Assembly: GCA_964016885.1 (NCBI GenBank)
Contig: OZ024746.1
Coordinates: 94,364,001 to 94,428,000 of the forward strand
DNA length: 64,000 bases
Direction: 5' to 3'
From: Eledone cirrhosa
Taxonomy: Eukaryota
In this document: one piece after another, positions 24,291 to 38,264 of the stretch
Layout: every line of letters starts with the position of its first letter
Numbering within the stretch: position 1 is the first letter of the stretch
Made by a program: the position numbers and the translations under genes
The notes under the pieces: model-generated
What the model saw: the letters and a program-made list of their open reading frames with translations, nothing else
What the model was told of the DNA's origin: nothing
Database searches by the model: none

Positions 24291-25157
24291 GTACACCTGT
24301 CATGGCTGCCTTGCATTAGGATTGAACCGAGAACCGTTTTGGTGCAAAGCCAACATATTTACCTCACCAATATATTTTCTCATCAAATACCATCACGTAT
24401 TATTAGCTGTGGGATTGGCAGAATCGGTAGAGCGTCACATACCATGTTTTGCAGCATAGAGTTATGACTCTTTATGTTCTGAGTTCAAATCCAGCCAAGG
24501 TTAACTTTGCCTTTCATCCTTACGGGGTCGATAAAATAAAGTACCAGTAATACTTTGAGATAATTGCTGGCCTTGTGGCAAATGTAGAAACAATTATTAT
24601 TCTTATTGTTGTTATTATTGATTTCTACTGGGGTCGATTTAATCGACTTTTCCCTCACCCCATCCCCAAATTACTGGCCAAATTACTAGATATTATTATT
24701 TGCTGTGGATTGGCAGTATCGGTAGGGGGTCGGACGCCATGCTTTGACGCATTGAGTTACGGCCCTTGCCATTCTGAGTTCAAATCGCCCCGACGTTAAC
24801 TTTGCCTTTCATCGTTATGGGGTCGATAAAATAAAGTACCAGTAATGTACTGGGTGATTGTTGGCCTTGTGCCAAAAGTAGAAACAATTATTATTAGCTG
24901 TGGGAAATTATAGTAGATGCATTGAAGATTAAACGATCGTCAAGCTGATTTAAGGGACAAATCTTATATAGAAATATAGAGTCATGAGAAAACAAGGTAA
25001 AAAGTATCAATCATGACTATCTAACGTCTTTGTAAGTTGATCTCCTAATAATGTTTCAAGTAAGTCCTAAATTATACAACTCACCGTTATCATATGACAC
25101 GATTGCGTTGACTGAGTACTCTGAAATACAAACACAAGATAGCAATACGTTCGATTA

Positions 25158-26330
25158 TAGATACATACATACGTATATATAAATATATACATACGTATAT
25201 ATAAATATATACATACGTATATATAAATACATACATACGTATATATAAATACATACATACGTATATATAAATATATACATCCGTATATATAAATACATAC
25301 ATACGTATATATAAATACATACATAGATACATACATACGTATATATAAATACATACATAGATACATACATACGTATATATAAATACATACATAGATACAT
25401 ACATACGTATATATAAATACATACATAGATACCTACATACGTATATATAAATACATACATAGATACGTACATACGTATATATAAATATATACATAGATAC
25501 ATACATACGTATATATAAATACATACATAGATACATACATACGTATATATAAATACATACATAGATACATACATACGTATATATAAATACACACATAGAT
25601 ACATACATACGTATATATAAATACATACATAGATACATACATACGTATATATAAATACACACATAGATACATACATACGTATATATAAATACATACATAG
25701 ATACATACATACGTATATATAAATACATACATAGATACATACATACGTATATATAAATACACACATAGATACATACATACGTATATATAAATACACACAT
25801 AGATACATATATACGTATATATAAATACATACATAGATACATACATACGTATATATAAATACATACATAGATACATACATACGTATATATAAATACACAC
25901 ATAGATACATACATACGTATATATAAATACACACATAGATACATACATACGTATATATAAATACATACATAGATACATACATACGTATATATAAATATAT
26001 ACATAGATACATACATACGTATATATAAATACATACATAGATACATACATACGTATATATAAATACATACATAGATACATACATATGTATATATAAATAC
26101 ATACATAGATACATACATGGGTATATATGTATACATAGATACATACATACGTATATATAAATACATACATAGATACATACATACGTATATATAAATACAC
26201 ACATAGATGCATACATACGTATATATATATACATACATAGATACATACATACGTATATATAAATACACACATAGATACATACATACGTATATATATATAC
26301 ATACATACGTATATATAAATATATACATAA
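25158..26330. repeat. About 34-bp minisatellite atagatacatacatacgtatatataaatacatac
   Basis: More than 30 tandem units. Confidence 0.95.
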
Positions 26331-27496
26331 ATACGTATATACATATGTATATATATACATATACACATGCTAACATAGTTACATACATACATACATATAC
26401 ACATGCTAACATACTTACATACATACATATGTACATACATACGTATATATATATATGCATACATATATACATACATATATGCATACATATATACAGGCTT
26501 ACATACATATATACATGCTTACATACATACATATATACATACATACGACATATATATACATGCTTACATACATAAATACATACATACATACCTATATATA
26601 AATACATACATAAATACACACATACATACATAAATACATACATACTTACATACGTATATATAAATACATACATACATATATACAAATTTACGTAGATACA
26701 TGCTAAAACACAGATACACACTCATACGCAGGGGTGGGAAATGGAAACGTTGTCCACCCTGTACGGAATTCCTTCCAAGTAATGTCTTCGTTCAATATAC
26801 CCACACACACACACATTCACACACTCACACACACACAGACACACAGACACACTCACACTCATCCCCCCCACCCACACACAACACTCACACGCACACACAC
26901 ACACACACTCACACGCACACTCACACGCACACTCACACCCATACTCACACCCTCACACACACACACACACACAACATTTGAACATATTGCCATACGTAAG
27001 GGCTCCGTATTGCCATACGGTGTTTCTTGGGCATCATAAACCTGGCAGAGCCCATCTCTCCCCAGCCCTGAGTACAGCAGACTTCTTCCAGAGAAAGATA
27101 AGAGAGAGTGAGAGAGGAAATAAGAAAGAGATATAGAGGAAGAATCTACCCCAGTATTAGACTGGTACTTTTTTTAATTTATCTCGAAAGGATGAAAGGC
27201 AAAGTTGACCTCGGCAGGATTTGAACTCAGAGAGCAGAGAGCTGGAGGAATACCATCAAGCAGCCAATTCGCCGCCTATACATACACATATGGTGGCTGC
27301 CAACTCGTTTTCAAGTACGGCCAATACTTTATATCCATGTAGGAGAACCCCTACCGATGCGCTGAACAAGTGTGACTTTTTAGTCCAGCCAGCGACTTGA
27401 AAACCCTGGTACAAACACTACACTTGTGACATGTATGTATGTATGTATGTATGTATGTATGTATGTATGTATGTATGTATGTATGTATGTATGTAT

Positions 27497-28120
27497 GTCC
27501 CGCAGGATATCCAAAGTCACCCTCCTCACCAAGTGAGGTTGCCAGTGGGTTGCCAGTTTAGTCGCCAACGACCCGACCATGAGACAGGTTGTACTAGGAT
27601 ACATGTTACCAGTAGCACCAACTGGTGACCTGACATGGATATCCTGCGGGACTAAAAACAAAACCTGTCAAAGGGCAAAGGAGCTCTTAAGAGTCAATGG
27701 CCATCCAAAATCACCGGGAGAGATGACCCCTTAGCCTTTGTCAAGGCAGAATTCTAGGAGAAGGAAAACTCTGATATAACACCTGCAACCCTGATGGTAT
27801 CCAATGATGTTGACTTGTTCTTTTTGGTAAATATCATCTTGGTTAAGAGAGTGGGACTGGCTTTGTGCATTGCCTTTGCTCACTATAAAAGCTTCACGGC
27901 ACAGGCATTGCTTTATATCTGGAGATCTCTCTGCACTTGTCACATGGTACCGTGGGCCCAGCACTATGTGTCAATAATTGTCACAAGTGTAGTGTTTGTA
28001 CCAGAGTTTTCAAGTCGCTGGCTGGACTAAAAAGTCACACTTGTTCAGCGCATCGGTAGGGGTTCTCCTACATGGATATAAAGTAGTGGCCGTACTCGAA
28101 AACGAGTTGGCAGCCACCAT
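27497..28120 (+). mobile_element. Non-coding RTE-related element (family B) with an inverted 5' segment
   Basis: Contains ctaggagaaggaaaactctga and ends cagccacca(tgta)n. Other copies lie at 27290-27432 (-) and 31833-32292 (-). Confidence 0.75.
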
Positions 28121-28332
28121 GTATGCATGTATGTATGTATGTACATACATACATACATACATACATACATACATACATACATACATACATACATACATGA
28201 TGATGGCTGCCCCCTCGTTATCGAGTATGTATGTATGTATGCATGTATGTATGTATGTATGTATGTATGTATGTATGTATGTATGTATGTATGTATGTAT
28301 GTATGTATGTACATACATACATACATACATAC

Positions 28333-28962
28333 ATGATGATGGCTGCCCTCTCGTTATCGAGTATGGCCATTGCAGGATATACCATTATTAATAATAATTA
28401 ATTAATTCTATCGTGCAATGCCTGTGCTTGAGGATATTTTTTAAAGTGAGGAAAGACTGTGCACTGAGCCAATCCCACTCCCTGAGCGACAGTAGATATA
28501 ACCCGAAAAAGAAGAAAAGATCAACATCATCGGTAACTAGTCAGCCGCAGGTTTTATATCGGAGTTATCCCAGTTTCCTGAGTTGCCTTCCCCTAGAAGA
28601 ATGCCCTGACAAAGGCTAGGGGTCCTTCACTCCCAGTGGTTTAACCGGGCGATCGGGTGTCCTGCCCGACTTTTTCTATGTCCCCGCGCATATACACACA
28701 CATGCACCCATGTTTATACACATACACATATACATACATATGTACATGTGTATATACATATTTACACACCGTGGGATGGCCGTTGACTCTTATGAGTTCT
28801 TCCGCCCTTTGTCAGGTTTTGTTTTTTGTCCTGCAGGGTGTCCAAAGTCACTCTCCTCACCAAGTAAACTTGGTGGGGTTGCCAGTTTAGTCGCCGATGA
28901 CCCGACCATGCCACAGGTTGTACTGGGTTACATGTTACCAGTAGCATTCAAGAGTGACCCCA
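28333..28962 (-). mobile_element. Non-coding RTE-related element (family A) including its 5' head, interrupted by (TACA)-type repeats
   Basis: Body matches 15083-15620; the head at 28770-28962 matches 27497-27635 and 16500-16690. Confidence 0.7.
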
Positions 28963-29339
28963 CATATGCACACATACATATATACATACATACATATCTA
29001 TATGGATACATACGTACATACAATACAGAATGTTTCAGGGAACAGTTACACACGGGTGTCTGTTACTAATGAAATCCAAATAAGGGATTGAAACCGGTTC
29101 AACTCATCTTTCTTTAGACTATCTACGAAGTGACTCAATATACGATAGTTGTATTCAACTATCCGGTGTGTTTAATCCAGTTTAATTTACACATGAAGTG
29201 TTGGATGAAATCTCAGATTTATTGTATAGTACATCACAAACACGCAAACACACACACACGCACACACACATACACACACACACAGACACACACACATATA
29301 TGTAGATACATAGATATGTTGATATATAATATATATACA

Positions 29340-29373
<34 letters not shown>

Positions 29374-29421
29374 CACATATATATATATATATATATACAT
29401 ATACACACATACATACATACA

Positions 29422-29537
<116 letters not shown>

Positions 29538-29974
29538 ACGATCACACGCACAAACTTACAGATATAGATTTCGATTGTTTTATTGGAATGACTTTGTAAG
29601 AATATTCGACACCGCCGCCCAAATTGGGTGTGAGTTATTTTGTATCCGGTGAACAAGAATCGACTCCAATGTCTGGTGATGATTCCTACAAGTCTCCCCC
29701 CCCCTCCTTCATCCCCAGCACCACCTCTTACCCAACTATATCAACCACCAACTCCATCAGGGCCATCAATTCTCGCCCCCTCCGAAATAAACCTCCGTTG
29801 ATTTCGACGATGAATCTTCCAGATGTTCGGACAATGAAACAACCTATTTATAAAATTCACGTATAAGTGATTGAGTACTCAACAGACACGTGTAGCCTTA
29901 ACGTAATTCTCGGGGTAGATTCAGCGTGACACAGTACAACAAGCACCTATAGTTAATATTCTTATGCCCTATGG

Positions 29975-30272
29975 CCGTCATGGGTAACCTGGGCCCGAGA
30001 AGCTTTCTGAATAGCTCACCTAAGTCACCTAAGTCACCTAAGTGAAATCTTTCTGTTTTTTTTACTCCAACTTTTCAGTCGTAATTTATCTTTCTATCAT
30101 GTTTACGATCGAGGAAAACAACGTGTACGAATTCTTAATAAACAAACAAAACACCTGAGTTACCGCTCTTTTTTATCAATGTTGGCACGAATGTAAATTA
30201 GCGCTTGCGGCCCGCCTGATGCTGAGCCATATCTCATGCGGCCCGCTTCTCTAAAAAGGATGCCCATGTCTG
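29975..30272. mobile_element. hAT-type MITE with 8-bp TSD CCCTATGG
   Basis: Ends ccgtcatgggtaacct / aggatgcccatgtctg. ccctatgg occurs at 29967-29974 and 30273-30280. Confidence 0.8.
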
Positions 30273-31125
30273 CCCTATGGTTTAACAAGCCAATAACAAC
30301 CTCACGGTGTTTTAATCCATATTTTTTAAAAACTCTCTTGAGATAAAAATGAAACAACGGAATGTAGCAAGATGTGCTATCAGAGTTACTGGACAATGGA
30401 GAATGATGACTTAACGTAATTCTCGGGGGAGATTCAGCGTGACACAGTACAACAAGCATCTATAATTAATGTGCTTATGCCCTATGGTTTAACAAGTTAG
30501 ATATGCAGACATATATACAGAAAAACAGACAGATATAGAGACACAATGTGCTATATATAATCGTTTCTGATTCAGGAACAAGGCCAACAATTTTAGGGGA
30601 GAGGGAAGTCGATAAAATCGACCCCAGTGCATTACTGGTGTTTTATATTATCAACCAGGTAAGGACGAAAGACAAAGCTAACCCCGGCTGGATTTCAACT
30701 CAGAACGTAAAGGATCGTAACTGCATGCCACAAAACGTGTTGTCCGATGATTACCGATGCTGCCTATCCGCCACCCATAAATAATATTATGCTGTCTCAT
30801 TTCGTTCTTGTTTCCACTTTGGATACATACATACATACATGATGGCTGCCCCCTCGTTATCGAGTATGGCCATTGCACGATATACCATTATTAATAATTA
30901 TCAATTAAAGCTATCGTGCAATGCCTGTACGTGAACTTTTTTTTTTAAGAGAGGAAAGACTGTGCACTGAGCCAATCCCACTCCCTGAGCGTCAGTAGCT
31001 ATAACCCGAAAAGAAGATAATATCAACATCATCGGTAACTACTGAGCCGCAGGTTTTATGTCGGAGTTATTCCAGTTTCCTGAGTTGCCTTCTCCTAGAA
31101 GAATGCCCTGACAAAGGCTAGGGGT

Positions 31126-31177
<52 letters not shown>

Positions 31178-31538
31178 TTGTGAATGGGTGCTACACGAGA
31201 ATGCTGAGGATGGCTCTGAACATTAATCAGTATACACTGAGGATGAAAAACTCAGAGCTGTATGGGAGCATCCCAAAAGTCAGCCCCAGAGTGGCGCAGA
31301 GGAGACTGAGGTTAGCTGGACATGCTCACCGACATCCAGAGTTGACATTGTACTCAATGCTCCTGTGGGAGTCCCTACATGGACACACTGGAAAAGGAAG
31401 ACCAAGGTTAACGTATGTTGATGCCCTAAGGACAGGCACTGGTCTGTTGGAGACGCAGGACATGGCAGCGATAATGAGGGACAGGGACCGCTGGAGAGAA
31501 CTCGTCCATGGATCTCGGGAATTTTACCCGCCCTAGAC
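31178..31538 (+). mobile_element. RTE LINE 3' fragment (open frame) between (TA/GA)n and (TA)n
   Basis: NGCYTRMLRMALNI...RRLRLAGH...GRPRLTYVD...DRDRWRELV. Confidence 0.88.
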
Positions 31539-31693
<155 letters not shown>

Positions 31694-32361
31694 TACATAC
31701 ATATATACACTCATAGATATGTATATACATATTTCCACATTTTTTTTGGATGGCCGTTGACTCAGGTTGCACTGGGTTACATGTTACCAGTAGCACTCAA
31801 GAGTGACCCGACATACATGGATACATACATACATGGTGGCTGCCAACTCGTTTTCGAGTACGGCCACTACTTTATATCCATGTAGGATAACCCCTACCGA
31901 TGCGCTTAACGAGTGTGACATTTTAGTCCAGCCAGCGACTTGAAAACTCTGGTACAAACACTACACTTGTGACAATTATTGACACATAGTGCTGGGCCCA
32001 TGGTACCATGTGACGACAAGTGCAGAGAGATCTCCAGATATAAAGCAATGCCTGTGTCGTAAAGCTTTTATAGTGAGCAAAGGCACTGCACAAAGCCAGT
32101 CCCACTCTCTTAACCAAGATGATATTTACCAAAAAGAAGAACAAGTCAACATCATTGGATACCATCAGGGTTGCAGGTGTTATATCAGAGTTTTCCTTCT
32201 CCTAGAATTCTGCCTTGACAAAGGCTAATGGGTCATCTCTCCCGGTGATTTTGGATGGCCATTGACTCTTAAGAACTCCTTTGCCTTTTGACATGCATAC
32301 ATACATACATACATACATACATACATACATACATACATACATACATACATACATACATACA

Positions 32362-32840
32362 TACATGCACAGTAGTGGAAGTTAGCTGCCCAGCAGATGC
32401 CAATATAATATCAAAGATTAGCGAAAAGGAGAATATTTATGCAGAACTGATGAGAAATCTGCAGATACTCCACCCTGATTACACCTTCTGATTTATGCCT
32501 GTGTTTATTGGGGCAGTGAGGTGTGTTAGTAACTGCCTCAATACAAATCTTGAGAAGCTAGGCTTCACTGGAACAGAAAGAACGCAACTAGTTAGGAAAT
32601 TAAAAGTACAATCCATTAATGGGACAGTAAAAATATGTATATGTATAGATACTAAGCATATATACAACTCAAAACATCCACACCCACACATACAATAACA
32701 TCCATATCTACACATGCATGCAGACATACATATCTACCTAGTTGATGTGTAAATTCCAATGAGAGAGTCTTGTGTCTATGTTAGAAACCGACTCTCTCTC
32801 TATTGGCAAAAATTTGTGAAATTATAAAACCAGAAGAACA
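32362..32840 (+). mobile_element. RLE retrotransposon 3' fragment in (TACA)n
   Basis: CTVVEVSCPADANIISKISEKENIYAELMRNLQILHPDYTF*FMPVFIGA...GTVKIC. Its 3' UTR is shared with 36570-36845. Confidence 0.8.
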
Positions 32841-33002
32841 AATATACATACATACAAACATACATATATACATACATACATACAAACATACATACATACA
32901 TACATACATACATACATACATACATACATACATACATACATACATACATACATACATACAAAAAAAAATAGGCAGGTCGGCAGACAGGCAGACGGAATTT
33001 AA

Positions 33003-33778
33003 TATAATTGTTTCTACTTTTGGCACTTACCCCAGTGCATTACTGGTACTTTATACGTAAGAATGAAAGGCAAAGCTAACCTTGGCAGGATTTGAAGTCA
33101 GAAATAAAGGGCCATAACTCTATGCTGCAAAGCATGGTGTCTGACGCTCTACCGATTCTGCCAATCCACCACCCGAAATAATAATAATTGTTTCTACTTT
33201 TGGTACAAGGCCAGCAATTATCCCAGTGCATTACTGGTACTTTATTTTATCGACCCCGTAAGGATGAAAGGCAAATTAACCTCGGCGTGTTTCGAACTCA
33301 GAATGGCAAGGGCCGTAACTCTATGCGCCAAAGCATGGCATCCGACCCTCTACTGATACTGCCAATTCACCGTTATAATAATGATAATAATTGTTTCTAC
33401 TTTTGGCACAAGGCCAGCAATTATCCCAGTGTATTACTGGTACTTTATTTTATCGACCCTGTAAGGATGAAAGGCAAATTAACCTCGGCGTGTTTCGAAC
33501 TCAGAATGGCAAGGGCCGTAACTCTATGCGCCAAAGCATGGCATCCGACCCTCTACTGATACTGCCAATTCACCGTTATAATAATGATAATAATTGTTTC
33601 TACTTTTGGCACAAGGCCAGCAATTATTCCAGTGTATTACTGGTACTTTATTTTATTGACCCTGTAAGGATGAAAGGCAAAGTTAACCTCGGCGGGATTT
33701 GAACTCAGATCATAAAGGGAGGTAACTCTATGCTTCAAAGCATGGCGCCCGACCCTCTACCGATACTGCCAATCCACA
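33003..33778 (-). mobile_element. Tandem array of four SINE copies
   Basis: Four units beginning aattgtttctacttttgg. Units 2 and 3 are almost identical, with a period of about 203 bp. Confidence 0.9.
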
Positions 33779-34115
33779 GAATAGCCACTACTCTATAAAA
33801 GAGATATTAAATAAAAGATGATACAAAGTTCTCTCCCAGGAACAATGCTCAAACAAAATTTAAAAAATGAACCAATTCACTGAGAATATAATATAATATA
33901 ATATAATATAATTGTTTCTACTTTTGGCACAAGGCCAGCAATTATCCAGTACATTACTGGTACTTTATTTTATCGACCCCGTAAGGATAAAAGGCAAAGT
34001 TAACCTCGACGGGATTTGAACTCAGACCGTAAAGGGACGTAACTATGCTGGAAAGCAGGGTGTCCGACCCTCTACCGATACTGCCAATTCACCGTATAAT
34101 ATGATATAATATAAT

Positions 34116-34430
34116 ATCGCTGCCGTCTCCAACAGACCAGTGTCTGTCCTTAGGACATCAACATATGTTAACTTCGGTCTTTCTCTTCCAGTGTGTCCAT
34201 GCAGGGGCTCCCACAGGAGCACTGAGTGCAGTGCCAACTCTGGATATCGGTGAGCATGTCCAGCTAACCTCTGTGTCACTTTGAGCTGACTTTTGGGAGG
34301 CTCCCATGCAGCTCTGAGTTGTTCATCCTCAGTGTTTACTGACATGGCAGCTATGATGGGGTTACATAGACCGCTGGAGAGAACTCGTCCTTCGATATCG
34401 GGAATTTTACCCGCCCTAGATAGATAGATA
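34116..34430 (+). mobile_element. RTE 3' fragment with an inverted 5' part and (TAGA)n tail
   Basis: 34116-34342 is the reverse complement of the upstream part of the 31178-31538 family. 34341-34420 is its terminal part in direct orientation. Confidence 0.85.
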
Positions 34431-34539
34431 ATATAATTGTTTCTACTTTAGGCACAAGGCCAGCAATTACCCAGTGCATTACTGGTACTTTATTTTATCG
34501 ACCCCGTAAGGATGAAAGGCAAAGTCAACCTCGGCGGGT

Positions 34540-34960
34540 ATAATATAACATGATATAATATAATATAATACAATATAATATAATATATAATATAATATAA
34601 TATAATATAATACAATATAACGTAATATAATATACTATACTATACTATACTATACTATACTATACTATAATATAATATAATACAATATGATATAATATAA
34701 TATAATATAATATAATATAATATAATATGATAAATATAATTTAATATAATATAACATAATATAATATGATATACTATACTATAATATGATATGATATGAT
34801 ATGATATGATATGATATAATATAATATAATATAATATAATAAATATAATACAATATAATATGATTTAATATAATACAATATAACATATTATAATATAATA
34901 TAATATAATACAATATAACATAATATAATATAATATAATACAATATAATATAATATAATA
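34540..34960. repeat. (ATAAT)n pentanucleotide microsatellite
   Basis: Directly visible. Confidence 0.95.
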
Positions 34961-35954
34961 TAATTGTTTCTACTTTAGGCACAAGGTCAGCAATTATTCA
35001 GTGCATTACTGGTACTTTATTTTATCGACCCCGTAAGGATGAATGAAAGGCAAAGTCAACATCGGTGTGATTTGAACTCAGATCGTAAAGGGACGTAACT
35101 ATGCTGGAAAGCATGGCGTCCGACCCTCTACCGATACTGCCAATCCACCGCCAGTATAATATAATATAATATAATATAATAAATATAATTTAATATAATA
35201 TAAAACAATACAACATAATATAATACAGCATAATATAATATAATATAATATAATACACACACGCGCAGGAATAGACATATAATTTTCAGATGTCTCAGTA
35301 CTTGGTCGGTTTGATCGTCTGCTGTGTTGATTTGTCAGTTGATTTGATAGAGACGTTGAAGACTTTGATGAGGAATAAGCATCATTCTAGCCAGACGTAT
35401 GTGAGGAATTCACAGACATCTTAAAGTACTAAATTACACAACGACAGTCGGCTGTTAGCATTTCACCACTTAGCTATTATTACAATGTAGTATAGGTGCC
35501 AAAAAAGAGTTTCCACAAAAGAAACAGGTTATATGTATGTTCACACACACACAGACACACAAACACACTCACACGCACACACATACATATATACGCACAC
35601 ATACATACATACATACATACATACATACATACATACATACATACATACATACATACATACGCACACATACATACATGCACATACATACATACGCACACAT
35701 ACATGCATACGCACACATATACATACATATATTCACAAACATACGCACATACACACACATACACACACATACATAGATACACACATACATACATACAGAC
35801 ATACATACATACACACATACACACACATACATACATGCACACACACATACATACATATATAAATACATACATACATACAATCGTAAGTACGTACGTGTAT
35901 ACGTAGATACATATATGCACTTACATACACACAAACATCCTTACATACATACAT

Positions 35955-36638
35955 GGTCATCCAACACATGACATCGATTGTGGTACTCCAGCCTGTCGGC
36001 TGGAACACGTAATCGTGTAATAGAGTAATACATATATACATGTCGAAAAGATAGCCCTGAAAATAAACATATTAAAAGTTACAGCAATGTGGAAGACGTA
36101 TACATACATAATATAAAAGAGTTTTAGTGGAACGTTCCTGTGAAAACGCCAGTAAAATGGAAGCATAACAGACCAGATATAATATGTGACAGGGAAAAGA
36201 AGGCATGCCCAGTGGAGGACGTTAGCTGCCCAGTGGAGGACGTTAGCTGCCCAGTGGAGGACGTTAGCTGCCCAGTGGAGGACGTTAGCTGCCCAGCAGA
36301 TGACAATGTAATGTTAAATATTAGCGAAAATGAGAAAATCTATGCAAAACTATTGAGGAATCTACAAATACTCCACCCTGATTATACCTTCAGATAGATA
36401 CCTGTGATTATTGGGGAAGTGAGGTATGTTAGTAACTGCCTCAGTACAAATCTTGAGAAGCTAGGCTTCACAGGAACAGAAAGAACACGAGTAGTTAGGA
36501 AATTACAAGTACAATCCATTAATGGAACAGTAAAAATATGTAAAACATTCCAAAATTTCAGTATCATCTGATAACTGCCTGTACACTTGTACAGATACAA
36601 AACATATGCACGAACACACATACAATAACATCAATACC

Positions 36639-36733
<95 letters not shown>

Positions 36734-36845
36734 CTAACTAGTTGATGTCTAAATGTTAACGAGAGAGTCTTGTGTCTATGTTAGAAAGCTAGAAAGCGAC
36801 TCTCTATTGGTAAAAATTTATGAAATTATGAAACCAGAAGAACAT
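35955..36845 (+). mobile_element. RLE retrotransposon 3' fragment in (TACA)n, with an internal 21-bp tandem repeat
   Basis: VKTPVKWKHNRPDII...(VEDVSCP)x4 ADDNV...SENEKIYAKLLRNLQILHPDYTF...GTVKICKTF. Confidence 0.8.
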
Positions 36846-36887
36846 ACATGCATACATACATATACACTTACATTCATACACACATAT

Positions 36888-37040
<153 letters not shown>

Positions 37041-37116
37041 CATTTATATATATATACATACTCATCCAACCCATGACAACATGGCAAAATGGACGTTAAA
37101 TGGTGCTGTTGTTAAC

Positions 37117-37162
<46 letters not shown>

Positions 37163-37646
37163 TGTGTGTGGGATGACTCATTTAATTCAAAGAATTATAA
37201 TAGTTAAACGCACACGCATAAAAATATATAGATACATACATACACACATACACACACACATATACATACATACATACATACACACATACATACAGACATA
37301 CACACAAACACACACACAAACACACTCACATACATACACACATATATATATATATACATACTCATACGCATGCATACATACACACACACATGCAAACACA
37401 CATTCACATACATACATACACACATACACACATACACACATACACACATACATACATACATATTCAAGAACGTACATTATCTGACATCTGGTGCATAGAT
37501 GCATTCCATATGCGCAATGACATCATGTAATGTCTCATGCCCACAGAAAAACATACGAGATGACACACACCCTCCAAGATAGTACAACATATTGAGTTCC
37601 TTCCTTTTGATCTTTGCATGTAGTGAAAATATTACGGTAATCTTAC

Positions 37647-38264
37647 TTCTGAGTTCGAATTGAGACATCAACTGACCAGAGGTTAAATTGAGCTGAGTTC
37701 TGATCCAATAGCTAATAAATGACATATTTCAGATTCCTTCTGAGTTCGAATTGAGACATCAACTGACCAGTGGTTAAATTGAGCTGAGTTCTGATCCAAT
37801 AGCTAATAAATGACATATTTCAGATCCCTTCTGAGTTTGAATTGTAAAATCAACTGACCAGAGGTTAAATTGAGCTGAGTTCTGATCCAATAGCTAATAA
37901 ATGACATATTTCAGATTCCTTCTGAGTTTGAATTGTAAAATCAACTGACCAGAGGTTAAATTGAGCTGAGCTCTGATCTAATAGCTAATAAATGACATAT
38001 TTCAGATTCCTTCTGAGTTTGAATTGTAAAATCAACTGACCAGTGGTTAAATTGAGCTGAGCTCTGATCTAATAGCTAATAAATGACATATTTCAGATTC
38101 CTTCTGAGTTTGAATTGAGACATCAACTGACCAGAGGTTAAATTGAGCTGAGCTCTGATCTAATAGCTAATAAATGACATATTTCAGATTCCTTCTGAGT
38201 TTGAATTGAGACATCAACTGACCAGAGGTTAAATTGAGCTGAGCTAATAAATAACATATTTCAG
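37647..38264. repeat. 91-bp tandem satellite, about 6.7 units
   Basis: ttctgagtt(c/t)gaattg recurs at 37647, 37738, 37829 and onward. Confidence 0.95.

Noticed and set aside
27497-27635. Twister or HDV-like ribozyme assignment for the RTE-like head
   Set aside because: GAGGAGGG and GACTAA motifs are suggestive, but I could not build the required pseudoknots. Left as an unassigned structured candidate.
29062-29103. Hammerhead-like gtta-CTAATGA-aatcc...ggatt-GAAA-ccgg
   Set aside because: The core G is mutated, the cleavage triplet is not NUH-compatible with stem I, and stem I is imperfect. Probably a decayed HHR, but not counted.
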